From a virus, in the IMG/VR virus record IMGVR_UViG_3300047548_001372, positions 1 to 64,000 of that record: 64,000 bases of DNA; one strand, given 5' to 3'. Below the pieces are notes generated by a model. The model was not told the DNA's origin. It searched no databases and saw only the letters and a list, made by a program, of their open reading frames with translations. Both the position numbers and the translations under genes were made by a program. This document shows, in pieces, positions 8,982 through 16,704 of this stretch (within the stretch, counting starts at the first letter, position 1; the number at the start of each line of letters is the position of its first letter).

Positions 8982-9458
8982 TTAATAACGATATACAAAA
9001 GCATCCTTTAACATCCTGAAAATCTCTCTCCCTTCATCATTAGGAAAATAGATACAAGCTCCAATAGATTGTAGCTGTCTTTCCCGAAAGCCTCTAATAC
9101 GTGTTGGCACGTGTGCTGTGAAGTAAAATGGTACGTTATCATCATCTAACTGTGAATCATATACCGTAATCATTAAACTAGGATTATCCAAACGATTATG
9201 GATAGAATGATAGTATTGTGATGTGATGTCTGTAGCAGTAAAGTTATTCATATGATCATAAATAACATCATGATCATCAGACAACGTACGTGAAACCCGT
9301 GTACATGTGGTATGCGTGCGCCTATCTACAGACGCATTGACAATATCACCATACTTTGTAGCAGTAAATGAAAACCTGTTTGGAGTAATCAGAAACTTAG
9401 CAGGGTAGTTTTCCCAAACGCCATCTACGATACGCTTTGAAAATCCTTCGAATTGCAT
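8982..9458 (-). CDS. early protein, paralogue family B
   Basis: clear paralogue of 1529..1987. Confidence 0.8.
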   Translation of the reverse strand: MQFEGFSKRIVDGVWENYPAKFLITPNRFSFTATKYGDIVNASVDRRTHTTCTRVSRTLSDDHDVIYDHMNNFTATDITSQYYHSIHNRLDNPSLMITVYDSQLDDDNVPFYFTAHVPTRIRGFRERQLQSIGACIYFPNDEGREIFRMLKDAFVYRY

Positions 9459-9485
9459 GATAGTTGTTCTTTCTATTTACTAACT

Positions 9486-9532
9486 CCCGCGCATCGTTTC
9501 TAAAACATATAGTTATTAAAGCGATGCGCGGG
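9486..9532. repeat. promoter-less inverted repeat of the cassette type
   Basis: cccgcgcatcg...cgatgcgcggg between two genes. Confidence 0.7.
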
Positions 9533-9543
9533 AATACTAAGCA

Positions 9544-9915
9544 CTATCCAATATAATACCCGTACAATCCACTCAAATCATTCGTATATTTGATAAGCGC
9601 AACTTCGATCGTGTCCAGTGTTACTGGAGTATCACCAACAGCGCCAGCGCCACGTACGCCACCAGCAGGACGAACACCTAGCGCTAACGTGTTACCATCC
9701 CAGAAGCCACGCTTGGCTTCTGGCAAACTAGGACAGAGATCACGCAACACGTTTACTGTTGCTGCGTGTCCGTTTAGGTTTTCCGTAACACGTGCTAGCA
9801 TAGCTGGAAGCTCTGCGATAGAGATACGCTTCCATACCAACATACCATCATCAAACGAGGGTGAAACGATCGTGCTAATCAGCGTGAGCTTGGTATCCTT
9901 GTGTAGTGAGAACAT
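9544..9915 (-). CDS. putative AcrIII-1/DUF1874 (STIV B116/YddF-like) cA4 ring nuclease
   Basis: 123 aa; N-terminal L-I-S-T-x-x-x-P strand, kRIs..E helix, and GHAAT matching the family's GH-x-A-T catalytic His motif. Confidence 0.55.
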   Translation of the reverse strand: MFSLHKDTKLTLISTIVSPSFDDGMLVWKRISIAELPAMLARVTENLNGHAATVNVLRDLCPSLPEAKRGFWDGNTLALGVRPAGGVRGAGAVGDTPVTLDTIEVALIKYTNDLSGLYGYYIG

Positions 9916-9949
9916 GGTGTATTGTCCTTTCTTGATTACTTACATTGGT

Positions 9950-10004
9950 ATTATACCACTTCCCGCGTAACTTGTCTATAGACTTTTGTTAGAAGATCGT
10001 TAAC
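9950..10004 (-). promoter_or_regulatory. early promoter cassette copy 16
   Basis: TAGACA-17-TATAAT and box; upstream stop lies in GTTAAC. Confidence 0.85.
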
Positions 10005-10125
10005 AAAAATCGCTGTAATCAATACCAGTATGTGTTGGATATTGCCTACTGTTATTGATTTTTGCTAGCTCATTCCGCTGCGTGCGTGCGAGAATATAAA
10101 ACATAACCATCTTGATAAACTTCAT
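10000..10125 (-). CDS. small hypothetical protein (41 aa)
   Basis: MKFIKMVMFYILART... read manually; AGAAAGAG RBS. Confidence 0.5.
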   Translation of the reverse strand: MKFIKMVMFYILARTQRNELAKINNSRQYPTHTGIDYSDFC

Positions 10126-10152
10126 TGTATACACTCTTTCTAATTAGTTAGC

Positions 10153-10377
10153 CTATCGTGCTAGTACATCTTCCTTGACACCATCATACTCAAATTGCCA
10201 AGCCAAGATTGTAGGAAAATCTTCACACTTTTTGATAAAAGAAGGTAAATCAATGTTCTTAAATTTTTCTGGTGCTACCTTCCACACCGCAAATGATCCA
10301 CAATCTTTTATTTTGTCTAATCCCTTGATAGCCAACGTTTCCTTATTATCAATATATAGTTTAATTCCTACAATCAT
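10153..10377 (-). CDS. hypothetical early protein
   Basis: 74 aa; AAGGA RBS. Confidence 0.7.
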   Translation of the reverse strand: MIVGIKLYIDNKETLAIKGLDKIKDCGSFAVWKVAPEKFKNIDLPSFIKKCEDFPTILAWQFEYDGVKEDVLAR

Positions 10378-10413
10378 GATAGTTATTCCTTGTTATTATT
10401 ATTATTATTATTA

Positions 10414-10761
10414 TTACACTGCGTGATATACGTGATCGTCAAAGTATTCTTCCATACATTCATCATAATCACGATTATACCAATCGTTACTACATTCGCC
10501 ATCAGCCAGCAACTCCTGCATACATTCATGATCATACGTTCGCCAAAACCTACCATTGGTAACGTCAAACGTATGTTCACGAAAATCCGATCTACCGCGT
10601 GTTTCAAGAAACATAATAGCAAAATCTAGCGCATCGTTCGCGGTGTGGAAGATTCTGCTGTGATACTTCTCAAGATTTTCATCAACTCCAATTACAATAA
10701 AGCTGTTATTTTCCGTGCTTGCGGTATGGATGTAACACGCTGGCATACCTGGAGTAAGCAT
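10414..10761 (-). CDS. acidic hypothetical early protein
   Basis: 115 aa with a D/E-rich C-terminus and its own promoter. Confidence 0.75.
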   Translation of the reverse strand: MLTPGMPACYIHTASTENNSFIVIGVDENLEKYHSRIFHTANDALDFAIMFLETRGRSDFREHTFDVTNGRFWRTYDHECMQELLADGECSNDWYNRDYDECMEEYFDDHVYHAV

Positions 10762-10798
10762 TGGTAACTTCTTTCTATGTAAATTCGATTACACTGGT

Positions 10799-10864
10799 AT
10801 TATACCACTTCCCGCGCAAGGTGTCAAGAGCTTTTTGTTAGAGAAGTGTTAACACCTTGCGCGG
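10799..10864 (-). promoter_or_regulatory. early promoter cassette copy 17
   Basis: TTGACA-17-TATAAT; perfect arms ccgcgcaaggtgt/acaccttgcgcgg. Confidence 0.9.
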
Positions 10865-10872
10865 ATAATGTA

Positions 10873-11259
10873 TTACGCAAAATTGTTATACATAACACCC
10901 AGTTGCTCTTGAAGCAAAATACCAAAAGCAGCGCTATGTGTGAAGTATACTTCTAGGTGTGTGCTGTTGGAGTCTGCTTTTGCGTACATCCCATCAGCCA
11001 TCTTTTCAGGATTGAAAATCATTTCCCAACTACGATCACTCCAAAATAACAACACTGTTCCGTTTTTGTACGTAATGCGATAGCCGTTCTGACATTCACG
11101 TACAATCTTTACTAATCCCTGCAAATTGTGCTTCTCATTCACACCATACTTCGAATTGTAAAACGATACGTCAAAAAACTCTAGCCCTAGTACAAACGTA
11201 CCCTTATAGTGTACGGAGTAATCATCCTGTCCGTGAACTACCATGTCTGACATCAGCAT
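10873..11259 (-). CDS. hypothetical early protein (possible distant family B member)
   Basis: 128 aa with its own promoter. Confidence 0.75.
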   Translation of the reverse strand: MLMSDMVVHGQDDYSVHYKGTFVLGLEFFDVSFYNSKYGVNEKHNLQGLVKIVRECQNGYRITYKNGTVLLFWSDRSWEMIFNPEKMADGMYAKADSNSTHLEVYFTHSAAFGILLQEQLGVMYNNFA

Positions 11260-11297
11260 TGCGTTTGTTCTTTCTAACTAACTTCGATTACATTCGT

Positions 11298-11363
11298 ATT
11301 ATATCACAGCCGCGCACCATTGTCTACTGGTTTTTGTTAGAGTAGCGTTAACGTTATGCGCGG
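11298..11363 (-). promoter_or_regulatory. early promoter cassette copy 18
   Basis: TAGACA-17-TATAAT; outer arm lies inside the last codons (IRA*) of the upstream gene. Confidence 0.85.
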
Positions 11364-11839
11364 ATATTTATACTTGCATTTGTATAAAAATATCGAATAA
11401 GGTTTTTAATTTCTGGAATATACTTTGTAGCATCTGTCACAAGGCTTGCGCTTGCTACCAGCTGCTCAAATGTACATGTGTTTGTAATTGGATTATCACT
11501 CTTGTGATATGAAAACACACCATCAGCAAAGGTGAAATTACACAACGAACTAATATCACCAATAATAATAAAGCGTGTATATTTTCCTGCATCCTGCTGC
11601 TCTTCTGCTGCAAGATTTGTACAAACTTGTTTGATTAAAATCTGATCTGGCAAAGTAAACATACTTCTGCTATAGATCCAATATAGCACAGCCTCATTAT
11701 CAGTAATTGTGTATCCAATACACTTTGTACAATACCAATCTTCTTTTAATTTTGAAAACGTAGTTGGAAAACTACCTAAAACATCACGACTATGCAACAC
11801 ACGATACGTAAAACCAGGACTAACTTCTCTTACCTTCAT
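11354..11839 (-). CDS. hypothetical early protein
   Basis: 161 aa ORF. Confidence 0.7.
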   Translation of the reverse strand: MKVREVSPGFTYRVLHSRDVLGSFPTTFSKLKEDWYCTKCIGYTITDNEAVLYWIYSRSMFTLPDQILIKQVCTNLAAEEQQDAGKYTRFIIIGDISSLCNFTFADGVFSYHKSDNPITNTCTFEQLVASASLVTDATKYIPEIKNLIRYFYTNASINIRA

Positions 11840-11857
11840 AGGTACATTTTACTCTTT

Positions 11858-12220
11858 CTAAATTACTTGTAGATTTTCTCGAATTGCACACACTTCTTCA
11901 TCGGAGAAAACTACATACATGTGCTGGGTAGGATTGCCATCAAATATACGAATATACCAAATATTTAGATCGTTTTTTGCTACAGTCATCATAATTTTAG
12001 GAGAAAATATCCAATCTTTAGGATATTTGTATTTAATAACATAACCATCAGGATAATTTGTAAGACGAATACTCTGTAAGCAAAGATACTGTCTTTCTAT
12101 ATTTTTAAAATTAAATATAAACGAAGTTTTATCGATACCTATGTTTGCATAAAGGTCTACTGATGAAAGATCAACATCAAAATACTGCACTACTCTTGGC
12201 ATAAGATGTAAACTTTTCAT
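11858..12220 (-). CDS. hypothetical early protein (possible distant family B member)
   Basis: 120 aa; AAGGAG RBS. Confidence 0.75.
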   Translation of the reverse strand: MKSLHLMPRVVQYFDVDLSSVDLYANIGIDKTSFIFNFKNIERQYLCLQSIRLTNYPDGYVIKYKYPKDWIFSPKIMMTVAKNDLNIWYIRIFDGNPTQHMYVVFSDEEVCAIRENLQVI

Positions 12221-12272
12221 ATTTTCTCCTTATTCTGTATTTAGATATGCGGTGTGCTTTTGGTATATTGGT

Positions 12273-12339
12273 ATTTTACCATACCCCGCGCATCCTGTCA
12301 ACTACTTTTTGTTAGAAGATTGCTAACAGTTTGCGCGGG
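12273..12339 (-). promoter_or_regulatory. early promoter cassette copy 19
   Basis: TTGACA-17-TAAAAT, box and partial inverted repeat. Confidence 0.8.
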
Positions 12340-12343
12340 AATA

Positions 12344-12484
12344 CTATATCACTTTACACAACACCCAACTACCAGCTACAAACTTATAGACTAATCCAAC
12401 ACTATCTTGATATACCGCCTTATATTGCATACCAAGCAGAGTATAGTAGTATACTGTTGTTGCTTGTTTTTTAACACATACCAT
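12344..12484 (-). CDS. small hypothetical protein (46 aa)
   Basis: MVCVKKQATTVYYYTLLG... read manually; fills the gap between genes. Confidence 0.45.
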   Translation of the reverse strand: MVCVKKQATTVYYYTLLGMQYKAVYQDSVGLVYKFVAGSWVLCKVI

Positions 12485-12486
12485 AA

Positions 12487-13011
12487 TTATACTTCTACAT
12501 AATTACATAGAGGCTTAGCAACAAGCCTACCAGTGTAATTTATTGTAAAGTTACAATACTTATTGCTAATATCAGCACCAGCATATTCACCCCTACGAAT
12601 AATATCACGATTGTTAGAATCAATGGATTCATCTGGCAAATAAAGCAGGATAATAACATCCATTAGTGCTTCTAAACCTACCCAACGAAAAAACACATAA
12701 TCCATATGAAATACAGTGTAACGAAGATTTGCAATACAATATTCCAAATCCTCGTTATCACGGAAATAATCAAATGTGTCATGAAAATATAGTGGGAGCT
12801 CTTTTGCTATCGCTTCTCGATTCTGCACCATCATACAAAGTTTACCATTGTTTTCTAAATCATTCTTAAATAAGAGCTCTGCATGATAGTGAAACCTTGC
12901 TAGACTAAGCCATATATCACTAGAACTATAATCATTTTCTAACATATCCATAATACGATTGTATTGCCGCAATGCCTCTTGTGCGTGATTCATTAAACGC
13001 TCCTTTTGCAT
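12487..13011 (-). CDS. early protein, paralogue family A
   Basis: AQEAL.QYNRIMDML shared with 13022..13558; YTVFH....FRWVG. Confidence 0.85.
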   Translation of the reverse strand: MQKERLMNHAQEALRQYNRIMDMLENDYSSSDIWLSLARFHYHAELLFKNDLENNGKLCMMVQNREAIAKELPLYFHDTFDYFRDNEDLEYCIANLRYTVFHMDYVFFRWVGLEALMDVIILLYLPDESIDSNNRDIIRRGEYAGADISNKYCNFTINYTGRLVAKPLCNYVEV

Positions 13012-13021
13012 ATTATATAAT

Positions 13022-13558
13022 TTATACGTCTACACAAACCATCAGCCTACCAAAGTATGTTTTAGCAAAATAACTATACTTATCGGCAATATACTTATCA
13101 GTAAGGTTTTTACCTGCAATTTTACCAGTATGAATAATATCACGATTCTCAGAATCAATGGATTCATTTGGTAAATAAAGCAAAATAATAACATCTATAA
13201 TTTTTTCAATACCTACCCAGCGGAAAAATGCGCGTTTAGTATGAAACACTGTATATTGAATATTTGCAAGATACTCTTTACTTTCTCCAAGAAGTAAACT
13301 ACCGTCGAAATTATAGCTTTCATAATTCGTATGAAAATATACAGGATATATAATTCCAGTAGATGCCTCATTCTGTGCTAGTGTATACAACGTGCCGTCG
13401 TTTTCCAAATCATACTTAAATAATGATTCTACTGTATAATGAAATGCTGCTACGTTATTTGACATATCATCATCACTAAAACTACCATCAGCTAGCATAT
13501 CCATAATACGATTGTATTGTAGCAATGCCTCTTGTGCGTACATTTGTGCGTAGTTCAT
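13022..13558 (-). CDS. early protein, paralogue family A
   Basis: tandem duplicate of 12487..13011. Confidence 0.85.
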   Translation of the reverse strand: MNYAQMYAQEALLQYNRIMDMLADGSFSDDDMSNNVAAFHYTVESLFKYDLENDGTLYTLAQNEASTGIIYPVYFHTNYESYNFDGSLLLGESKEYLANIQYTVFHTKRAFFRWVGIEKIIDVIILLYLPNESIDSENRDIIHTGKIAGKNLTDKYIADKYSYFAKTYFGRLMVCVDV

Positions 13559-13578
13559 TAAATACCTCTTTCATACGT

Positions 13579-13632
13579 AGTATAGCACATTGTTACCCAA
13601 TGTGCTATACTTTTTTGCTAGAATATTGTTAG
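13579..13632 (-). promoter_or_regulatory. early promoter copy 20: poor -35 (TAGCAC) but box at the canonical offset
   Basis: TG-c-TATACT -10; TGCTAG-n5-TGTTAG at 13616-13632; overlaps an agtatagcacattg hairpin. Confidence 0.65.
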
Positions 13633-13635
13633 AAC

Positions 13636-14046
13636 TTATACCGGCCAATAGTACTTACGTTCTGGTTTTTCTTCCCAGTTGTATTTACTATAGAATGTAT
13701 AATCCTTGTGTAGTAATGCTGCTCTGTGCGTGGTGTGAATATCCTTCCCCCACCATGGGGGAATGTAGGTTTTTGTAAAGCTGTTATGGAATGCTTGGAT
13801 TTTTTCTAGGCAGGTATCCTTAAAGCCACGATCAACCCATGCTTCACACATATACACACCATATTCTACTAACGCATTAGTATAACCCTTCCACATTTTT
13901 GTAGCAGGATGGTTTACCCATCCTTTTGACAGCCCATGCAGCGTATTGAGAATTTGAAGCGTTTCTACACGCTGCTTACCTAAACGCTTGTCATCAAGCA
14001 CAGACGCACACAAAGGCATATCAGGATACGGTACAAAGGTTTGCAT
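13636..14046 (-). CDS. pyrimidine-dimer DNA glycosylase / MSMEG_6728-family protein
   Basis: MQTFVPY...LDDKRLGKQRVETLQIL...W.NHPA..MW.GY. Confidence 0.85.
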   Translation of the reverse strand: MQTFVPYPDMPLCASVLDDKRLGKQRVETLQILNTLHGLSKGWVNHPATKMWKGYTNALVEYGVYMCEAWVDRGFKDTCLEKIQAFHNSFTKTYIPPWWGKDIHTTHRAALLHKDYTFYSKYNWEEKPERKYYWPV

Positions 14047-14258
14047 TAGTCAATGCTTTCTACTACGTCACGCAGCGATTTTACATGACGCAAATTGATT
14101 TTGGTATCATCATCGGAAAGAATAACGTTTGTGTATTTTGGCTGTTTGATAATAGGCTTTTCTGCCTTTGGCATATTGCGCTGTGCCTTGTCTTTTAGTT
14201 TTCGCGCACGTCGTTTTGCTAGTTCCGACTTTACTTCGCTTGTGGACTTATCGTACAT
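14046..14258 (-). CDS. basic hypothetical protein
   Basis: 70 aa; TAATG-coupled to the glycosylase gene. Confidence 0.7.
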   Translation of the reverse strand: MYDKSTSEVKSELAKRRARKLKDKAQRNMPKAEKPIIKQPKYTNVILSDDDTKINLRHVKSLRDVVESID

Positions 14259-14303
14259 GATGTGATTCCTTGTCTAATTGATTACGCTGCTGATTACTTT
14301 GCT

Positions 14304-14358
14304 AGTATACCACACGTTGTTTAATCTGTCAAGAGCTTTTTGTTAGAGAAACGTTAAC
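14304..14358 (-). promoter_or_regulatory. early promoter cassette copy 21
   Basis: TTGACA-17-TATACT and box; upstream stop lies in GTTAAC. Confidence 0.85.
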
Positions 14359-14800
14359 GCGGCATCCATCGTACTTCTTTACCATGTGCAACTACAAGAG
14401 AGCCAAGAGCGCGTACAAATGACTCATGCTCTACATGCGTGAACATAATACGAACAATTGTTGTTCTATTTTTAGAATCTGCTATTACAATCTCCCAGAT
14501 AGGATTTCCTATATCAGCCCTACGAAAAATCGTAACATCAGATGTATAAACATTCCTATTTGTATATCTAAATTCAAAACGATTATCTACATAGTTAGCA
14601 TATTCCATAGTAGCTAAATTATGTTCATGTGTATATCCTTCTCGAATGACGCTTAGCTCAAATGTGTCTTTATCAACTTCAATTTGTACTTGCGAAGAAG
14701 TTAAATCATAGTAGTCTACTGTTGTACCGGCATGCAGCATTGAACTATATGCAAACGTAGAATACTTTACTGGTTTACCAGTAAACACTTTTGTTTCCAT
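14354..14800 (-). CDS. hypothetical early protein (possible distant family B member)
   Basis: likely start METKV after AGAAAGA. Confidence 0.75.
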   Translation of the reverse strand: METKVFTGKPVKYSTFAYSSMLHAGTTVDYYDLTSSQVQIEVDKDTFELSVIREGYTHEHNLATMEYANYVDNRFEFRYTNRNVYTSDVTIFRRADIGNPIWEIVIADSKNRTTIVRIMFTHVEHESFVRALGSLVVAHGKEVRWMPR

Positions 14801-14837
14801 TGTTGTTATTCTTTCTGTATGTTTTTGATATGCTGTG

Positions 14838-14904
14838 ATTATACCAATTGCCGCGCAAAATATCAAGATGTTTGTGTTAGAAAATCGTTAACATCTTGCG
14901 CGGC
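14838..14904 (-). promoter_or_regulatory. early promoter cassette copy 22
   Basis: TTGATA-17-TATAAT, box and inverted repeat. Confidence 0.85.
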
Positions 14905-14914
14905 TAATGTATAA

Positions 14915-15154
14915 CTAATTTAACTTTGACACATTACGCAATTCTGCATTAAGATCTAAATACACATCAGCTTTAGTTACCGCATCATCACGTAACATAC
15001 GCAATTCTGGAGTAGCACGATTCAGCACAGAGTCATACCGCGCATCCTGTGCTTTTCGCCCATACACTGCTACCAATTGATGCGCATATCGCTTATCGGC
15101 TTCCATGGCTTCCACAAACGCTTTTACCACACGATTATACAAATCAGTGCTCAT
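14915..15154 (-). CDS. hypothetical protein
   Basis: likely start MSTDL after TAGGAG. Confidence 0.7.
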   Translation of the reverse strand: MSTDLYNRVVKAFVEAMEADKRYAHQLVAVYGRKAQDARYDSVLNRATPELRMLRDDAVTKADVYLDLNAELRNVSKLN

Positions 15155-15162
15155 AACTACTC

Positions 15163-15369
15163 CTAGTCTACAATCCCTACTGGTACCAATTCCGATCGCT
15201 TTACCCATCCATAATAGTATTTAATTCCAGGATAGGTTTCTATCAATACATCATCTGAGGTAATTCCATACTCATGTTCTTTTGGCTCTTCACGTACAAT
15301 TACGACAGGATACTGTACTCCATATTTTGTATACAGGTATAGCTGTTGTGGTTTTTGTGGTGGGTGCAT
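15163..15369 (-). CDS. hypothetical protein
   Basis: 68 aa ORF within an operon. Confidence 0.65.
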   Translation of the reverse strand: MHPPQKPQQLYLYTKYGVQYPVVIVREEPKEHEYGITSDDVLIETYPGIKYYYGWVKRSELVPVGIVD

Positions 15370-15372
15370 TAT

Positions 15373-15669
15373 CTATACTTTCTTTTCAAAAGCTCGTGGG
15401 CTTGCCAAGTATTTGATCAGTGTTTCCACATCATCCTCTCGCATCCACCAGTAATATCCGTTGGAGCGCTGATCAGGATGTGACGCTGTGAATAGACTCT
15501 GTCTGGGCATCTCTAAGCCACCCCAAAGTTGAACTAAATACCAGTTAAATTGATTATTAAAATCTGTATTTTTTGATGGGTCTGCTTCCTTCACGTGGTA
15601 AAGCGTTACCCCATGATGTTCCAGAAAATCTAAATCACTCTGTGAAAAACTACTTTTGAAGCGCTTCAT
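15373..15669 (-). CDS. hypothetical protein
   Basis: 98 aa; AGAAAGG RBS, first gene after copy 23. Confidence 0.75.
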   Translation of the reverse strand: MKRFKSSFSQSDLDFLEHHGVTLYHVKEADPSKNTDFNNQFNWYLVQLWGGLEMPRQSLFTASHPDQRSNGYYWWMREDDVETLIKYLASPRAFEKKV

Positions 15670-15713
15670 ACTATTTTGCCTTTCTGTTTCGTCTCATTGC
15701 TTCACACATATGC

Positions 15714-15768
15714 AGTATAGCACAGGCTATGCTGCTAGTCAACTAGGTTTTGTTAGAGCATTGTTAAC
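15714..15768 (-). promoter_or_regulatory. early promoter cassette copy 23 (first in transcription order)
   Basis: TTGACT-17-TATACT plus TGTTAG-n5-TGTTAA. Confidence 0.8.
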
Positions 15769-15889
15769 GTTTTTGTTCTTGTGTATAGGTTTTTGTATAT
15801 ACATAGAACGCGCACGCATGCATGCGCGATCTTATTGCATACGTGCGTGTGCATGCGCCTATGTATTATGCACTCACGGAATATAGCAG

Positions 15890-15953
15890 ATAACTCATAA
15901 CACTAGTACATTATCCCTGATAGCTGCTGTAATGTACTAGTGTTATGAATTAT
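15890..15953. terminator. long hairpin between thyX and the early array
   Basis: ataactcataacactagtacatta...taatgtactagtgttatgaattat, ~24-bp arms. Confidence 0.55.
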
Positions 15954-15968
15954 TCTACCTACTACAGC

Positions 15969-16661
15969 CTATAGACGCTGCCGGTGTTGCCAAGTCTTAG
16001 GCCATAGCTGCTCCATGATTCCACCTATAATGTGCGCATACTTTTTAATTTCTTGCTGAGCTTCTTCATGATCTCGAAGATTGACAAAATGTGCTACCGC
16101 TTGAAAACTTGCTGTCCAATAAAAATTAGTGTACATTGCCATTCCAAGCATCGCTCTTGCTTGCTCTGGTGCAATACCATCTTCCACCATATCATTGTAC
16201 AGATCAATCTGCATCTTCATTAGATGTTCATACTGATCTAACCAGAAGGATGAATTAGGATGCGCTGTGTCAATACTTCCCTGCTTTTTGTTTTCTGCTG
16301 CAACTCGGAAGTAAGAAGGCTTCCAGTATCCATCATACTCAATGTACCTACCACTCTGCTCACTCCATGGAGCATCTTTGTACTGTTCATGACTCCATTC
16401 ACAGCCTACAAGGTGTTTTTGCCATTGCCGCGCAACAAACAGTGGAGCTTTTACCTGAAAGGTAATCATTGCGTGTCGGAATGGTGTGGTGTGTGCTGGT
16501 TCTGCTTCTGCTAGGAACTTGATAAGACGCTCATCTTTACTGTCTAGTGTTTCTTTCTGTTTATTAAAACTTGCCCGCGCAGCGTTTACCGCAGTAAGAT
16601 CGCTTCCCATATAGTCAATAACACGAACAAACCCTACTTCATCATCTAGAAAATACTGCAT
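15969..16661 (-). CDS. thyX: FAD-dependent thymidylate synthase
   Basis: AVNAARASF, HTTPFRH, APLFVARQW.KH, SEQSGRY, GIAPEQAR; likely start MQYFL. Confidence 0.95.
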   Translation of the reverse strand: MQYFLDDEVGFVRVIDYMGSDLTAVNAARASFNKQKETLDSKDERLIKFLAEAEPAHTTPFRHAMITFQVKAPLFVARQWQKHLVGCEWSHEQYKDAPWSEQSGRYIEYDGYWKPSYFRVAAENKKQGSIDTAHPNSSFWLDQYEHLMKMQIDLYNDMVEDGIAPEQARAMLGMAMYTNFYWTASFQAVAHFVNLRDHEEAQQEIKKYAHIIGGIMEQLWPKTWQHRQRL

Positions 16662-16704
16662 AAACTTTCTCCTTTTTTTATTTTCAAAAATTCTGAAAAT
16701 AGAA

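Larger units (their letters stand above)
979..15768 (-). repeat. dispersed ~70-bp promoter/box/inverted-repeat element, 23 copies separating early genes
   Basis: + strand consensus gattaca-n-ATTATA-ccac-n-CCGCGCAtccTGTCAA-gagctttt-TGTTAG-n5-TGTTAAC-aggaTGCGCGG; copies listed individually below. Confidence 0.95.

Noticed and set aside
10393-10416. (TAA)8 run of in-frame stop codons, and a (CT)n tract at ~3737-3751
   Set aside because: Simple microsatellite slippage in spacer or leader DNA; no evidence of phase variation
979-15768. CRISPR array
   Set aside because: Repeats are degenerate, ~70 bp long, and separated by whole genes of variable length; the Cas4-like nuclease sits in the replication module
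979-15768. Bona fide integron with attC sites
   Set aside because: No integrase is present in the window, the RYYYAAC...GTTRRRY ends are not arranged as in attC, and each unit has its own promoter; kept only as an analogy
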